64,000 bases of DNA from Halieaceae bacterium. Its GTDB lineage: Bacteria > Pseudomonadota > Gammaproteobacteria > Pseudomonadales > Halieaceae. The position numbers were made by a program, and so were the translations under genes. The stretch spans positions 4,951-68,950 of the forward strand of contig JAYPXQ010000002.1 in the NCBI GenBank assembly GCA_038135595.1. The letters are read 5' to 3'. The notes under the pieces are model-generated. The model saw only the letters and a list, made by a program, of their open reading frames with translations, was not told the origin of the DNA and did not search any database. This document shows, one piece after another, positions 23,199 through 32,435 of this stretch; the first letter of the stretch is position 1; each line of letters starts with the position of its first letter.

Positions 23199-24377
23199 CT
23201 AGGGAGCAGGCAAGTGTGCGTCCAAAAAGCGCACCAGATTACCCCCCATCACCGCACGAATCTCGGCTTCGGTGAAGCTGGCATCGACCAACGCCTGAGT
23301 CAGATGGGGTAACTGGGAGGCGTCGATGGGTGTCGTCACAGACCCGTCCCAGTCGGAACCCAGTGCAATGTGCTCCAGTCCGAAGCGATCGATGCCGTAG
23401 CGGATTGCACTGACAATTGCTTGAACGCCCTCGCCGCAGGTGACGTCTGCCCAGAATCCGACGCCGATGAGGCCACCCGCAGCCGCGATCATTTCCATGG
23501 TTTCGTCGCTGATATTCCTTGGGCTGGGGCAGTGGCCCTGAAAGCCGGTGTGACTCACTATCAGTGCGGCTCCCCCAGTCGTTGCCAGCGTGTCCCGCAC
23601 TGTCGCTTCACTGCTATGTGCGACGTCGATCATGATATTGAGTGCCTGCATTCGGCGGACCGCCTCCTGACCAAAGGGGGTCAGGCCGGTTTGCGATTCG
23701 CCGTGCAGGGAACCACCCAGCCGGTTATCGAAGAAGTGTTGCAGACTCATCATGCGGAAACCGGCGGTGTACAGCTTTTCAATATTTTCCAGATCCCCGT
23801 CCAGCGCGTGGGAGCCTTCCGTACCCAGAAGCGCACCGACGACCTCGTCGCCAGATTGGCGTTGTGCGATAAGCGTATTTAAATCCGCTCGCGATCGAAT
23901 CAGGCTGAGCTGCGCGTGTTGCTGAACAGCGGCGTGCACCCGTTCGGCCTGCAGCACAGCGCGGGCGTAGAGACTTTTTTGCGTCTCCGCAGGCCAGCGC
24001 TGTGCCAGCGCCAGTATGCTGATGTTGTCGGGGGCGTCATTGGCATTGCGGTCGTAATTCTGACCGCGGGGTGATTTGGTGACGGTGGTGAACATTTGCA
24101 GTGTGGCGCCACCCGCGAGCAATTTGGGCACATCCACTTGGCCGTGACTGTTGTCGGCCAGCAGATCTTTTCCCCAGAGGGCCGAATCGGCATGCAGGTC
24201 GCCAACGAGCAATGTCTTGTGCAGGCTGAGCGTTTCTGGGGTGGGGAGACGGCCCGGATCACCGACCACACGATTAGAAGCGCGATCGACCCACTGCGGG
24301 CCAAGGCCAAAAAAAGCCGCCGTCAGTGCAACAGACAAACCTGCCATTAGCGTCAGTATACGCTTCAGCCACTTCAT
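23199..24377 (-). CDS. Membrane dipeptidase (peptidase M19 / renal dipeptidase family), exported
   Basis: MKWLKRILTLMAGLSVALTAAFF signal/anchor, then DLHADS, HFFDN, DVAHSSE and GSDWDG blocks. Confidence 0.82.
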   Translation of the reverse strand: MKWLKRILTLMAGLSVALTAAFFGLGPQWVDRASNRVVGDPGRLPTPETLSLHKTLLVGDLHADSALWGKDLLADNSHGQVDVPKLLAGGATLQMFTTVTKSPRGQNYDRNANDAPDNISILALAQRWPAETQKSLYARAVLQAERVHAAVQQHAQLSLIRSRADLNTLIAQRQSGDEVVGALLGTEGSHALDGDLENIEKLYTAGFRMMSLQHFFDNRLGGSLHGESQTGLTPFGQEAVRRMQALNIMIDVAHSSEATVRDTLATTGGAALIVSHTGFQGHCPSPRNISDETMEMIAAAGGLIGVGFWADVTCGEGVQAIVSAIRYGIDRFGLEHIALGSDWDGSVTTPIDASQLPHLTQALVDASFTEAEIRAVMGGNLVRFLDAHLPAP

Positions 24378-24479
24378 GACGGCTCCTTGACGTAGCGGTA
24401 AACGCGACGTGAGGAGTCTGTCTGGTTTACTGGCGCTGAGCAACTGGTCTGCGTCAGAAACTCAACCGTAACTAGGGGC

Positions 24480-26009
24480 ATGAACTCCAAGAACGGCATT
24501 CTTATCCTGGGTGATCAGCTGAGCTGGCGGCACCCTCTGCTTTTAGATGCTGATCCAGCCGACACTGTCATCATCCTCGCTGAAGTCGCGGAGGAGGCGA
24601 CCTACGTCAGGCACAATCGACACAAAATAGCGCTGATATTTAGCGCCATGCGCCATTTCGCCCAGGCGCTCGAGGCACGTGGATTCACCGTCCAGTATTT
24701 CCGCTTCAAGGATAACGTGCCCACGTTGCTGGCCGCTTGTGAGCAAGCTCGCGAGATCTGGTCGTTAACCGCGCTTCATATTTGTGAGCCGGGCGAGTAT
24801 CGATTGACCGCGCAGATGACAAACTGGGAGCAGTCCCTGGGCATCGCTGTCACGGTGCATGAGGACACTCGGTTTTTATCCTCTCGGGCGGACTTCGCGC
24901 TATGGGCTGAGGGCCGTAAGCAGTTGCGCATGGAGTATTTTTACCGCGACATGCGCAAGCGCTACCGCCTTTTGATGGACGGGGAGCAGCCAGAGGGAGG
25001 CAAATGGAATTACGACGCCGATAACCGTCAGGGTTGGCGTGGGCAAACCGATATTCCTGAACGCCCTGCGCCGGCCCTGGACGCTGTGACTCGTGAGGTC
25101 ATCGAAGAGGTGGAGGCGGCTTTCCCGACCAATCCCGGAGACCTCTCTACTTTTCGCTGGGCTGTCACTGCTGAGGACGCCGAAAAGGAGTTGGTGTGGT
25201 TCTGTGAGCACGCCTTACCCCACTTTGGCACCTATCAGGACGCCTTGGCGGAGGCCTCACCGTGGCTGTTTCACGGATTGATCTCAATGTATCTCAACTG
25301 TGGTCTGCTGGAACCGCTGCCAGTGTGTGAGCGCGTTGAGGCAGCCTATCGTCGCGGTCATTGCAGCCTTGCGGCTGCGGAGGGCTTCATCCGTCAAGTG
25401 TTGGGGTGGCGGGAGTACGTTCGGGGACTGTACTGGTTAAAGATGCCGGATTACGGGGAGCTCAACGCGCTGGATGCGACGCGCGAGTTACCTGACTGGT
25501 TCTGGACTGGCGAGACGCAGATGCGTTGCCTGTCCCGTGCTCTCAAACAGTCACTGGATCTAGGCTATGCCCACCACATTCAGCGCTTGATGGTCATCGG
25601 TAATTTCGCTTTGCTAGCCGGGCTCGACGTTCAGGCGGTGTGTGACTGGTATCTTGCTGTTTATCTTGACGCCTTTGAATGGGTGGAACTACCCAATACC
25701 CTCGGCATGGCGCTGTTTGCCGACGGCGGCATCATGGCCTCCAAACCCTACGCAGCCAGCGGTAAATATATCCAGAAACAAGGTGACCATTGTCAGGCAT
25801 GTCCCTATGACCCTAAACACGTCACCGGCGACCAAGCTTGTCCCTATAACAGCCTGTACTGGCATTTTATTGATCGACACAGCGACAGTTTGAGTCAAAA
25901 CCCGCGTATGGGCCTGATTATGGGTGGGTGGAGAAAGCGCGCCGCAACCGATCGCGAGGCCGTCGTTGATTGGGGTGAGCAGATGTTACAGCGGCTACCG
26001 AGTCTCTAA
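24480..26009 (+). CDS. Fe-S bacterial cryptochrome/photolyase (FeS-BCP / CryPro, probable (6-4) photolyase)
   Basis: 509 aa. N-terminus ILILGDQLS...HKIALIFSAMRHFA is typical of the photolyase-related protein family. Four Cys are spaced C-88-C-x2-C-x12-C (MRC...DHCQACPYDPKHVTGDQAC). Confidence 0.85.
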   Translation: MNSKNGILILGDQLSWRHPLLLDADPADTVIILAEVAEEATYVRHNRHKIALIFSAMRHFAQALEARGFTVQYFRFKDNVPTLLAACEQAREIWSLTALHICEPGEYRLTAQMTNWEQSLGIAVTVHEDTRFLSSRADFALWAEGRKQLRMEYFYRDMRKRYRLLMDGEQPEGGKWNYDADNRQGWRGQTDIPERPAPALDAVTREVIEEVEAAFPTNPGDLSTFRWAVTAEDAEKELVWFCEHALPHFGTYQDALAEASPWLFHGLISMYLNCGLLEPLPVCERVEAAYRRGHCSLAAAEGFIRQVLGWREYVRGLYWLKMPDYGELNALDATRELPDWFWTGETQMRCLSRALKQSLDLGYAHHIQRLMVIGNFALLAGLDVQAVCDWYLAVYLDAFEWVELPNTLGMALFADGGIMASKPYAASGKYIQKQGDHCQACPYDPKHVTGDQACPYNSLYWHFIDRHSDSLSQNPRMGLIMGGWRKRAATDREAVVDWGEQMLQRLPSL

Positions 26010-26030
26010 CGGCAACTTTTTCATCCACAC

Positions 26031-26180
26031 TTACAATTTGCGCCGTCGCTGTCCACTGCAGCGACGCGAGCAGTAGACGATCTGATCCCATTGATTTTTC
26101 CACCGCGCTCGCCAGCTAAAAGGGCGTTCACATACCGGGCAGATTTTGGTCGGAAGATCTGATTTCTTTCGTTGCGCCAT
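26031..26180 (-). CDS. DUF2256-type small zinc-ribbon protein
   Basis: MAQRKKSDLPTKICPVCERPFSWRARWKNQWDQIVYCSRRCSGQRRRKL (49 aa, CxxC...CxxxC, very basic). Its start overlaps the Cry-DASH stop (TAATG at 26178-26182). Confidence 0.65.
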   Translation of the reverse strand: MAQRKKSDLPTKICPVCERPFSWRARWKNQWDQIVYCSRRCSGQRRRKL

Positions 26181-27481
26181 TAGCGCGGGCCTGTGATGGG
26201 CCAGTCTGCACCGTCTACGACGTGTGCGGGTTGAGGCGCACGAAAACCATCCCATTTTTGAGTGAAGACACCGGCCTCGTCGTATTGCGCGGCCTGTTTT
26301 TCAAGATTGAAGTGGCGACCACCGCGGGGGTCGCTGCCAACCCCCGCGATGTATTGCCAGTTGCCGTAGTTGCTGCCGACGTCGTAATCAATCAGGTGCT
26401 GCTCAAAGAACGCCGCGCCGTAACGCCAATCGAGATCCAGTTCGTGTATCAGGCAAGAGGCTGCGATCTGGCGGCCACGATTACTCATCCAGCCGGTTGC
26501 GGTCAGCTGGTGCATGAGTGCGTTGACCAGCGGATAATCGGTGTCGCCCGCGCACCAACGGGCAAATTGGCGAGGATCGAAAGTGCTGAGTAGCTGCCTG
26601 TTCGTCCGTCCGCCCTGTCGAAAGAGGCTCCGTCCGTCCAATGCGGTCCGCCAGTGAAAAAATTCTCGCCATAGCAACTCGAAGTAGAGCCAGTAAGTCG
26701 ATTCGTTGGCGATTCGCGTTTTTTCGAAACGGAAAATAGCGTGAGCAATCTCTCTGACAGACAGGGCGCCATTGGCGATCCACGGTGATAGGGTACTGGA
26801 GCCGGCAAGGCCGTTAAGGTCGTTCCGCGTGTTTTTATAGTCGACTATCCCCTCTTCCTGAAAGAGAAACTGATCCAGCCGCCTAAGGCCCGCCAGTCGA
26901 CCTCCTGGCAGCGGCAAGCCGGGGTGGGGAGACGCCGCGGCCACAGGTATGGCATCAAACTGCGCTGCAGGCGGAGGCGGCAGCGTCTCTGGCGCTGATT
27001 GCGGAGGCGCGATAGGAAGTTTTTCGACCTTTCGACGGAAAGGTGAAAACGTGTCGGGATAGGCGTCCCATCCGAAAGGGAATTGATCCGGCGTAAATAG
27101 GGTGTTCCCCGGATGCACGCTTACGGGAGCCTGTAGCTTGTCATTTAAGAATTTCACTGCCTGTGTTTCATACCAGCCCGGTGTCTGCGAAGTACTGACG
27201 GTGTCTATAGAAAAGCGTTCAACGACTTGCGGGATGACCAGCTCGGGGGATCCTTCCAGTACCATCAAGTCTTGGCCTAACCGCTGGAGTGCTTCGCGGA
27301 GCGCTTGCAGCGACTCCCGCAAAAAGCGGTCTCGCTGCGGGCCGATGCCTGTCAGGTTGCACCACGGACGCGTTTTGGGAAGCAGATAGATGCACAGCAG
27401 CGACTCGGCGTCACGGGCGCTATGTAGGGCCGGATTGTCGGCTAACCGTAAATCGTTCTGAAACCAGTGTAGGTGGCGCAT
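26180..27481 (-). CDS. Cryptochrome/photolyase family protein, probably Cry-DASH
   Basis: 433 aa. HLHWFQNDLRLADNPAL, FSPFRRKVEK, WREFF, and NWQYIAGVGSDPRGGRHFN FAD-binding C-terminus. Confidence 0.8.
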   Translation of the reverse strand: MRHLHWFQNDLRLADNPALHSARDAESLLCIYLLPKTRPWCNLTGIGPQRDRFLRESLQALREALQRLGQDLMVLEGSPELVIPQVVERFSIDTVSTSQTPGWYETQAVKFLNDKLQAPVSVHPGNTLFTPDQFPFGWDAYPDTFSPFRRKVEKLPIAPPQSAPETLPPPPAAQFDAIPVAAASPHPGLPLPGGRLAGLRRLDQFLFQEEGIVDYKNTRNDLNGLAGSSTLSPWIANGALSVREIAHAIFRFEKTRIANESTYWLYFELLWREFFHWRTALDGRSLFRQGGRTNRQLLSTFDPRQFARWCAGDTDYPLVNALMHQLTATGWMSNRGRQIAASCLIHELDLDWRYGAAFFEQHLIDYDVGSNYGNWQYIAGVGSDPRGGRHFNLEKQAAQYDEAGVFTQKWDGFRAPQPAHVVDGADWPITGPR

Positions 27482-27610
27482 GTCGCCTCAGAGAGGTGGG
27501 AGTTTTTGGTGTACGCTGGTGGCGAGGTGGCGGATCGGCCAGCGGATTGCGACTGTCGACGGACATCGCCCGGGCCATCCGTAATTTTCAGTCAACAGCA
27601 TGTGCGCGGC

Positions 27611-28786
27611 ATGATCGAACCCACTCCATCGTTGAACGCATTGGTTGAGCAGGCCGCTAGTCTCCTTAGGACCCATTTCCGTACTGAGCCGGTCTGGACA
27701 GGGATCGCACCGGGGCGGGTTAATCTGATTGGCGAGCATACGGACTACAATCAGGGTTGGGTGCTGCCTATTGCCATCGATCGGTACACGGTGCTGGCGG
27801 CGGCCCCGGGCGGCGTGCCCAACGAAATTCGCGTGTTCAGCGCGTCGCTGGGAGAACAGGCAGCGTTGCCATTGCGCGATAGCGGGGGGCGACACCCACA
27901 GGCCTGGATGCGTTATGTCGAGGGTATGGTTGCTGAATATCGTGATCTCGGCGTGATTTGCCCCCCGTTGGATATGGTGATTGTGTCGAGTGTTCCGGTA
28001 GGGAGTGGGCTCTCCAGCAGCGCGGCGCTCGAGCTCGCGTTGGCGCATGTGATTGAGGCGGCAACAGAACAGACAGCCACTCCCGAAGCGAGGATCGGTG
28101 CAAGCATTCGCGCGGAGCGTGCTTTTGCCGGAGTGCCCTGCGGTGTCATGGATCAGACCGTCGCGGAGAGGGCTCGCGCTGGACATGCCCTGCTACTGGA
28201 CTGTCAGGACAACACTTTTTCTCATGTGCCCTTTTTCAGTCCGCAGGTTTCCTTGCTGGTGATTCATTCGGGCATCACCCATGAATTGGCGAGTGGCGCG
28301 TATGCAACGCGCCGAGCTGAGTGCGAGGCGGCTGCTGAAAAAATGGGCCTGAGCAGTCTTCGGTCGTTGGCGGCGGCTCATCTTAAAGCGCTGGAGGCAG
28401 AGGCAACGCTGTCAAAGCGCGCCCGTCATGTGATGACTGAAAACGCTAGGGTACGCGCTATGGTGGCCGCGCTTACCGCAGGAGATTATTGTGCGGCAGG
28501 TGCGTTGATGTCCGAGAGTCATGAGTCGCTGCGTGATGATTTTGCGGTGTCATGTGACGCTGTTGATCAATTGGTGACACTGGCAGAGGAAGAGGAGGGC
28601 GTTCTGGGTGCGAGAATGACGGGTGGCGGATTTGGCGGCTGTGTAATCGCGTTGGTCCGTAGCGAGTGGGTCGACACGGCAGCGACTGCGATTTGCCGAC
28701 GCTACACAGAACATACCGGGAGACCGACACTTTGTTTTACGGTGAACGCCGCGGCAGGTGCGGGGCAGATGGATGCGCCGGTATGA
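27611..28786 (+). CDS. galK: Galactokinase
   Basis: APGRVNLIGEHTDYNQGWVLP, SSVPVGSGLSSSAALE and ARMTGGGFGGC are GHMP kinase motifs. ATG at 27611. Confidence 0.93.
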   Translation: MIEPTPSLNALVEQAASLLRTHFRTEPVWTGIAPGRVNLIGEHTDYNQGWVLPIAIDRYTVLAAAPGGVPNEIRVFSASLGEQAALPLRDSGGRHPQAWMRYVEGMVAEYRDLGVICPPLDMVIVSSVPVGSGLSSSAALELALAHVIEAATEQTATPEARIGASIRAERAFAGVPCGVMDQTVAERARAGHALLLDCQDNTFSHVPFFSPQVSLLVIHSGITHELASGAYATRRAECEAAAEKMGLSSLRSLAAAHLKALEAEATLSKRARHVMTENARVRAMVAALTAGDYCAAGALMSESHESLRDDFAVSCDAVDQLVTLAEEEEGVLGARMTGGGFGGCVIALVRSEWVDTAATAICRRYTEHTGRPTLCFTVNAAAGAGQMDAPV

Positions 28787-29826
28787 CTGATCTGTCCAGG
28801 CACAGGCCACACCGGCGGTTTAATGCCCTTACGGGCGATTGGGTGACAGTGTCGCCGCAGCGGGCTGAACGACCGTGGCAGGGTGAAGAAGCACCCAAAC
28901 AATCCGAGACGACGGCGGCCCATGATCCCGGGTGTTACCTCTGCCCGGGTAATACCCGCGTTAATGGACAACAAAACCCCGATTACCAATCGCCCTGGGC
29001 GTTTGATAATGATTTCCCCGCAGTTGTTGGCCCCTCGCAGGGCAGTGCTGCTGGCATGGGGTCCGGGAATCTTCCTTCGCCCGATGAGCTCTTCCGGTCA
29101 GAGGTTCTTACGGGGTCGTGCCGTGTGCTCTGCTACAGCCCGGATCACTCGAAGACCTTATCTCAGCTAACCGAGGGCGAAATCCAGCAGGTGATCGCGC
29201 TGTGTAGAGACGAGGTTGCGATCTTGCGCCGTCGGCATGAGTGGGTTCAGGTGTTTGAGAATAAAGGCGCCATGATGGGATGCTCCAACCCGCATCCCCA
29301 CGGGCAAATATGGGCTGTGGATACCCTGCCCAACGAAGCCCGTCGGGAGTCAGCGCAGCAGGCCGCGTGGTTTGCAGCGAACGGCGAGTCGCTGCTCGAG
29401 TCCTACAGAAAACGCGAGGAAGCCATCGGGGAGCGGGTGGTTGTCGCCAACTCCCATTGGTGTGCGGTCGTGCCTTATTGGGCTGTCTGGCCGTTCGAAA
29501 CACTGTTGATGCCTCGGCGTCGCGTGGACCATCTTGATGCGCTCGACTCAGAGGAGCAGCAAGAGCTGGCCACGCTGTTGAAGCAGTTACTCAGCGGCTA
29601 CGACCGGCTCTTTGCGACCCCCTGCCCCTACACCATGGGATGGCACGGCGCTCCCGGTCCCGGAGTGCGACCTGATTGGCAGCTACATGCTCATGTTTAC
29701 CCGCCGTTGCTTCGGTCTGCTACGGTGCGCAAGCACATGGTGGGTTATGAGATGTTGAGCGAAGCGCAGCGCGATCTCACACCAGAGGCTGCGGCCGAGC
29801 AGCTGCGATATGCAATCGGGGACTGA
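28783..29826 (+). CDS. galT: Galactose-1-phosphate uridylyltransferase
   Basis: RRFNALTGDWVTVSPQRAERPWQG, CYLCPGN and NPHPHGQIW (HxHxQ active site). ATGA overlap with the galK stop. Confidence 0.93.
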   Translation: MTDLSRHRPHRRFNALTGDWVTVSPQRAERPWQGEEAPKQSETTAAHDPGCYLCPGNTRVNGQQNPDYQSPWAFDNDFPAVVGPSQGSAAGMGSGNLPSPDELFRSEVLTGSCRVLCYSPDHSKTLSQLTEGEIQQVIALCRDEVAILRRRHEWVQVFENKGAMMGCSNPHPHGQIWAVDTLPNEARRESAQQAAWFAANGESLLESYRKREEAIGERVVVANSHWCAVVPYWAVWPFETLLMPRRRVDHLDALDSEEQQELATLLKQLLSGYDRLFATPCPYTMGWHGAPGPGVRPDWQLHAHVYPPLLRSATVRKHMVGYEMLSEAQRDLTPEAAAEQLRYAIGD

Positions 29827-29934
29827 GATCACCCGGCACTGCGGTGTGATTTTGATAGAGTTGATTGCAATCATTAAGCGGTTTGCAGCGAACAAAGCGG
29901 GGCCTCAGTTGGGCTCCCGTGTAGAGGAAGCACG

Positions 29935-30912
29935 ATGCGAGTGATGGTGACTGGGGGTGCGGGCTACATAGGCAGTGTGGCCGCCGAAGTGCTGCTTGAT
30001 CATGATCATGAGGTAGTGGTCTTTGACAATCTGTCTCAGGGGCATCGCGCCGCGGTACCCGACGCCGCGATCTGGGTGTTGGGAGATCTCTCTGTTCCCA
30101 ATGAAATCCAGAGCGCGATGGCGATTCATCGCCCCGATGCGGTCATGCATTTTGCGGCTCGGTCACTGGTGGGTGAATCGATGGTGCACCCCTTCCCTTA
30201 TTTGCGTGACAACGTCGTTAATGGCCTCAATCTCATTGAAGCGTGTGTTGCGGCAGGTGTAGATCGATTTATTCTGTCCTCCACCGCCAACCTTTTCGGG
30301 CAAGCCGCGGGCCCCTTGATTGATGAGCACAGTGCCATCTTGCCCGGCAGTCCCTATGGCGAGTCAAAGTGGGCGTTGGAGCGCGCTCTAAAGTGGGTCG
30401 CGGAAACACGGGGGCTCCGTTATGCCAGTCTCCGCTATTTCAATGCCGCTGGCGCGAGCGTGATGCGGGGCGAGCACCATGAACCGGAGACCCATTTGAT
30501 TCCCTTGGTGTTGCAGGCAGCGGCGGGCCACCGCGAGTCCATTACGATCTTTGGAGATGACTACGACACGCCGGACGGCACCTGCATTCGCGATTATGTT
30601 CATGTTTTGGATCTGGCCGAGGCTCACGTACTCGCGTTAACAGCGATGGAAGAGCGCAACCGGATATACAACCTCGGTAATGGAGAGGGCTTTAGTGTCA
30701 GACAAGTCATCGATACCGCCCGGCGCGTCACGGGCAAGGCGATACCGGAACAGATTGGCCCCAGGCGGGCGGGTGACCCCCCGCGGCTGGTGGCGTCGAG
30801 TGAGCTCATTCGTAAAGAACTGGGGTGGCAACCTCAGCATGCTGATCTTGAAAGCATCATTGCCAGCGCCTGGCGTTGGCAGCAGCAGCATCCTTCGGGG
30901 TATCCACATTAA
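29935..30912 (+). CDS. galE: UDP-glucose 4-epimerase
   Basis: [21 protein letters not shown] (YxxxK) and [15 protein letters not shown]. Confidence 0.92.
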   Translation: MRVMVTGGAGYIGSVAAEVLLDHDHEVVVFDNLSQGHRAAVPDAAIWVLGDLSVPNEIQSAMAIHRPDAVMHFAARSLVGESMVHPFPYLRDNVVNGLNLIEACVAAGVDRFILSSTANLFGQAAGPLIDEHSAILPGSPYGESKWALERALKWVAETRGLRYASLRYFNAAGASVMRGEHHEPETHLIPLVLQAAAGHRESITIFGDDYDTPDGTCIRDYVHVLDLAEAHVLALTAMEERNRIYNLGNGEGFSVRQVIDTARRVTGKAIPEQIGPRRAGDPPRLVASSELIRKELGWQPQHADLESIIASAWRWQQQHPSGYPH

Positions 30913-31232
30913 CTAGAGGAGCAAATCCTCAGTCAGCCGGACCGTAGCGGGCAGCCTCTCCAGCCAGTATGGCTGGCTCGACCGTCTCTTCTCGGTGGCC
31001 TTAGCCGGGACTCATTAGGACGCCGCATCGACGCCCGGTTGCAGCCCCACAGCCGTCGTAAATGGCGCACCTGTCAACCTGCAAATGATCCTTCGCTCAC
31101 CGCTGACAGGGGGGCGAAATAAGAGCAATTAGGGTAGTCTGCTCCGCTGGCAGATTTGTTGCGGAGCTTGGGCTTACTTTTGCCTGCGCTCCCTCGAATC
31201 ATCCGGATAAACTCATTGCTAAGAGGTGGCGC

Positions 31233-32342
31233 GTGTCCGCGATTGACAGTCTTTTTAATCCTTTCTCTCTGAAATCCCTCGAGATGAACAATCGCGTGGT
31301 GATGGCGCCGATGACCCGCAATCAATCCCCGGATAATGTGCCCGGCGACGCGTCCGTTGAATATTATCGACGTCGCGCCGCGGGAGGTGTTGGGCTGATC
31401 ATTACCGAGGGCACTTGCCCTAACCACATCGCGGCCAACGGATACGAGAATGTGCCTTACTTCCACGGTGAGGAGCGCTTGGCTGGGTGGAAGAAGGTGG
31501 TGGATGCGGTGCACAGTGAGGGCGGAAAGATCGCGCCACAGTTGTGGCACTGTGGCGGGATGCGCAAACGCGGCGTGATGCCAGAAGGAGATGTGGACGG
31601 GTATACGCCATCGGGTATGAATGTGCCCGGTAAAGTCGCGAGATATGTGATGACCCAGCAGGACATCGATGATGTGGTGCGCGCTTTTGCAGAGGGTGCG
31701 CGTGATGCGCAAAGGCTGGGGTTCGACGCAGTAGAACTCCATGGCGCCCACGGTTATCTGATTGACCAATTTTTCTGGGAGGGCACAAACCAGCGAAGCG
31801 ATGGCTATGGCGGATCGATGGCGGCTCGGGGTCGCTTCGCGATTGAGGTCATTGAGGCCTGTCGCGCGGAAGTTGGGCCTGACTTCCCGCTGATTTTGCG
31901 TTGGTCGCAGTGGAAGCAACAGGACTTCACGGCGCGGCTGGCGCCTACGCCGCAGGAGCTTGAAGCATTTCTGACGCCGCTGATTGACGCGGGGATCGAT
32001 GCTTTCCACTGCAGTCAGCGGCGTTTCTGGGAGCCTGAATTCGACGGCTCGGACCTGAATCTGGCTGGTTGGGTCAAGAAACTGACCGGTATGCCCACAA
32101 TCACGGTGGGCAGCGTCAGTCTTGATCAGGACTTTATCGCCCAACCCGCTGAGGGGGATGGCGCGGCGAGCGAACCGGCGTCCATCGATCGGCTGCTAGA
32201 GATGATGGATCGGGGCGATTTTGATTTGGTTGCGGTTGGTCGGGCGCTAATTGCCAACGCCGATTGGCCAAAGGTTGTGCGTTCAGGCGATACCACGGGT
32301 TTACAGGCCTACAGCCGGGATATGCTGGCCAGTCTGGATTAG
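31233..32342 (+). CDS. NADH:flavin oxidoreductase (Old Yellow Enzyme family)
   Basis: LKSLEMNNRVVMAPMTR, HGAHGYLIDQFF and GRALIANADWP. GTG start behind AAGAGGTGG. The long - strand ORF 31074..32144 is its antisense shadow. Confidence 0.88.
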   Translation: MSAIDSLFNPFSLKSLEMNNRVVMAPMTRNQSPDNVPGDASVEYYRRRAAGGVGLIITEGTCPNHIAANGYENVPYFHGEERLAGWKKVVDAVHSEGGKIAPQLWHCGGMRKRGVMPEGDVDGYTPSGMNVPGKVARYVMTQQDIDDVVRAFAEGARDAQRLGFDAVELHGAHGYLIDQFFWEGTNQRSDGYGGSMAARGRFAIEVIEACRAEVGPDFPLILRWSQWKQQDFTARLAPTPQELEAFLTPLIDAGIDAFHCSQRRFWEPEFDGSDLNLAGWVKKLTGMPTITVGSVSLDQDFIAQPAEGDGAASEPASIDRLLEMMDRGDFDLVAVGRALIANADWPKVVRSGDTTGLQAYSRDMLASLD

Positions 32343-32435
32343 CGGAGGCGTCGCATGCGCGCACTCGCGTGCTGGGTTCTTTCCAACTAATCCGCGGCGC
32401 ATGCCCCCGTCGCTTGATCAGGCAAAGGTTGAGTA

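Noticed and set aside
30913-31232. 320-bp galE/OYE intergenic region, examined for an sRNA, riboswitch or small ORF
   Set aside because: I found only short weak stems (CCAGCC/GGCTGG, CCTGTCA/TGACAGG with a 29-nt loop, CTCCGC/GCGGAG) and ORFs of 11 codons or fewer. Nothing matched a known RNA family by eye.
31074-32144. 356-aa - strand ORF. Similar long antisense ORFs are 4766..5518, 8290..8982, 14130..14732, 27488..28186, 34478..35047 and 22048..22557.
   Set aside because: Each is fully or mostly antisense to a gene with clear family signatures (OYE, moeA, manC, rplU/rpmA, galK, nupC, ACAD). Their translations are Arg/Pro/His-rich and low-complexity.
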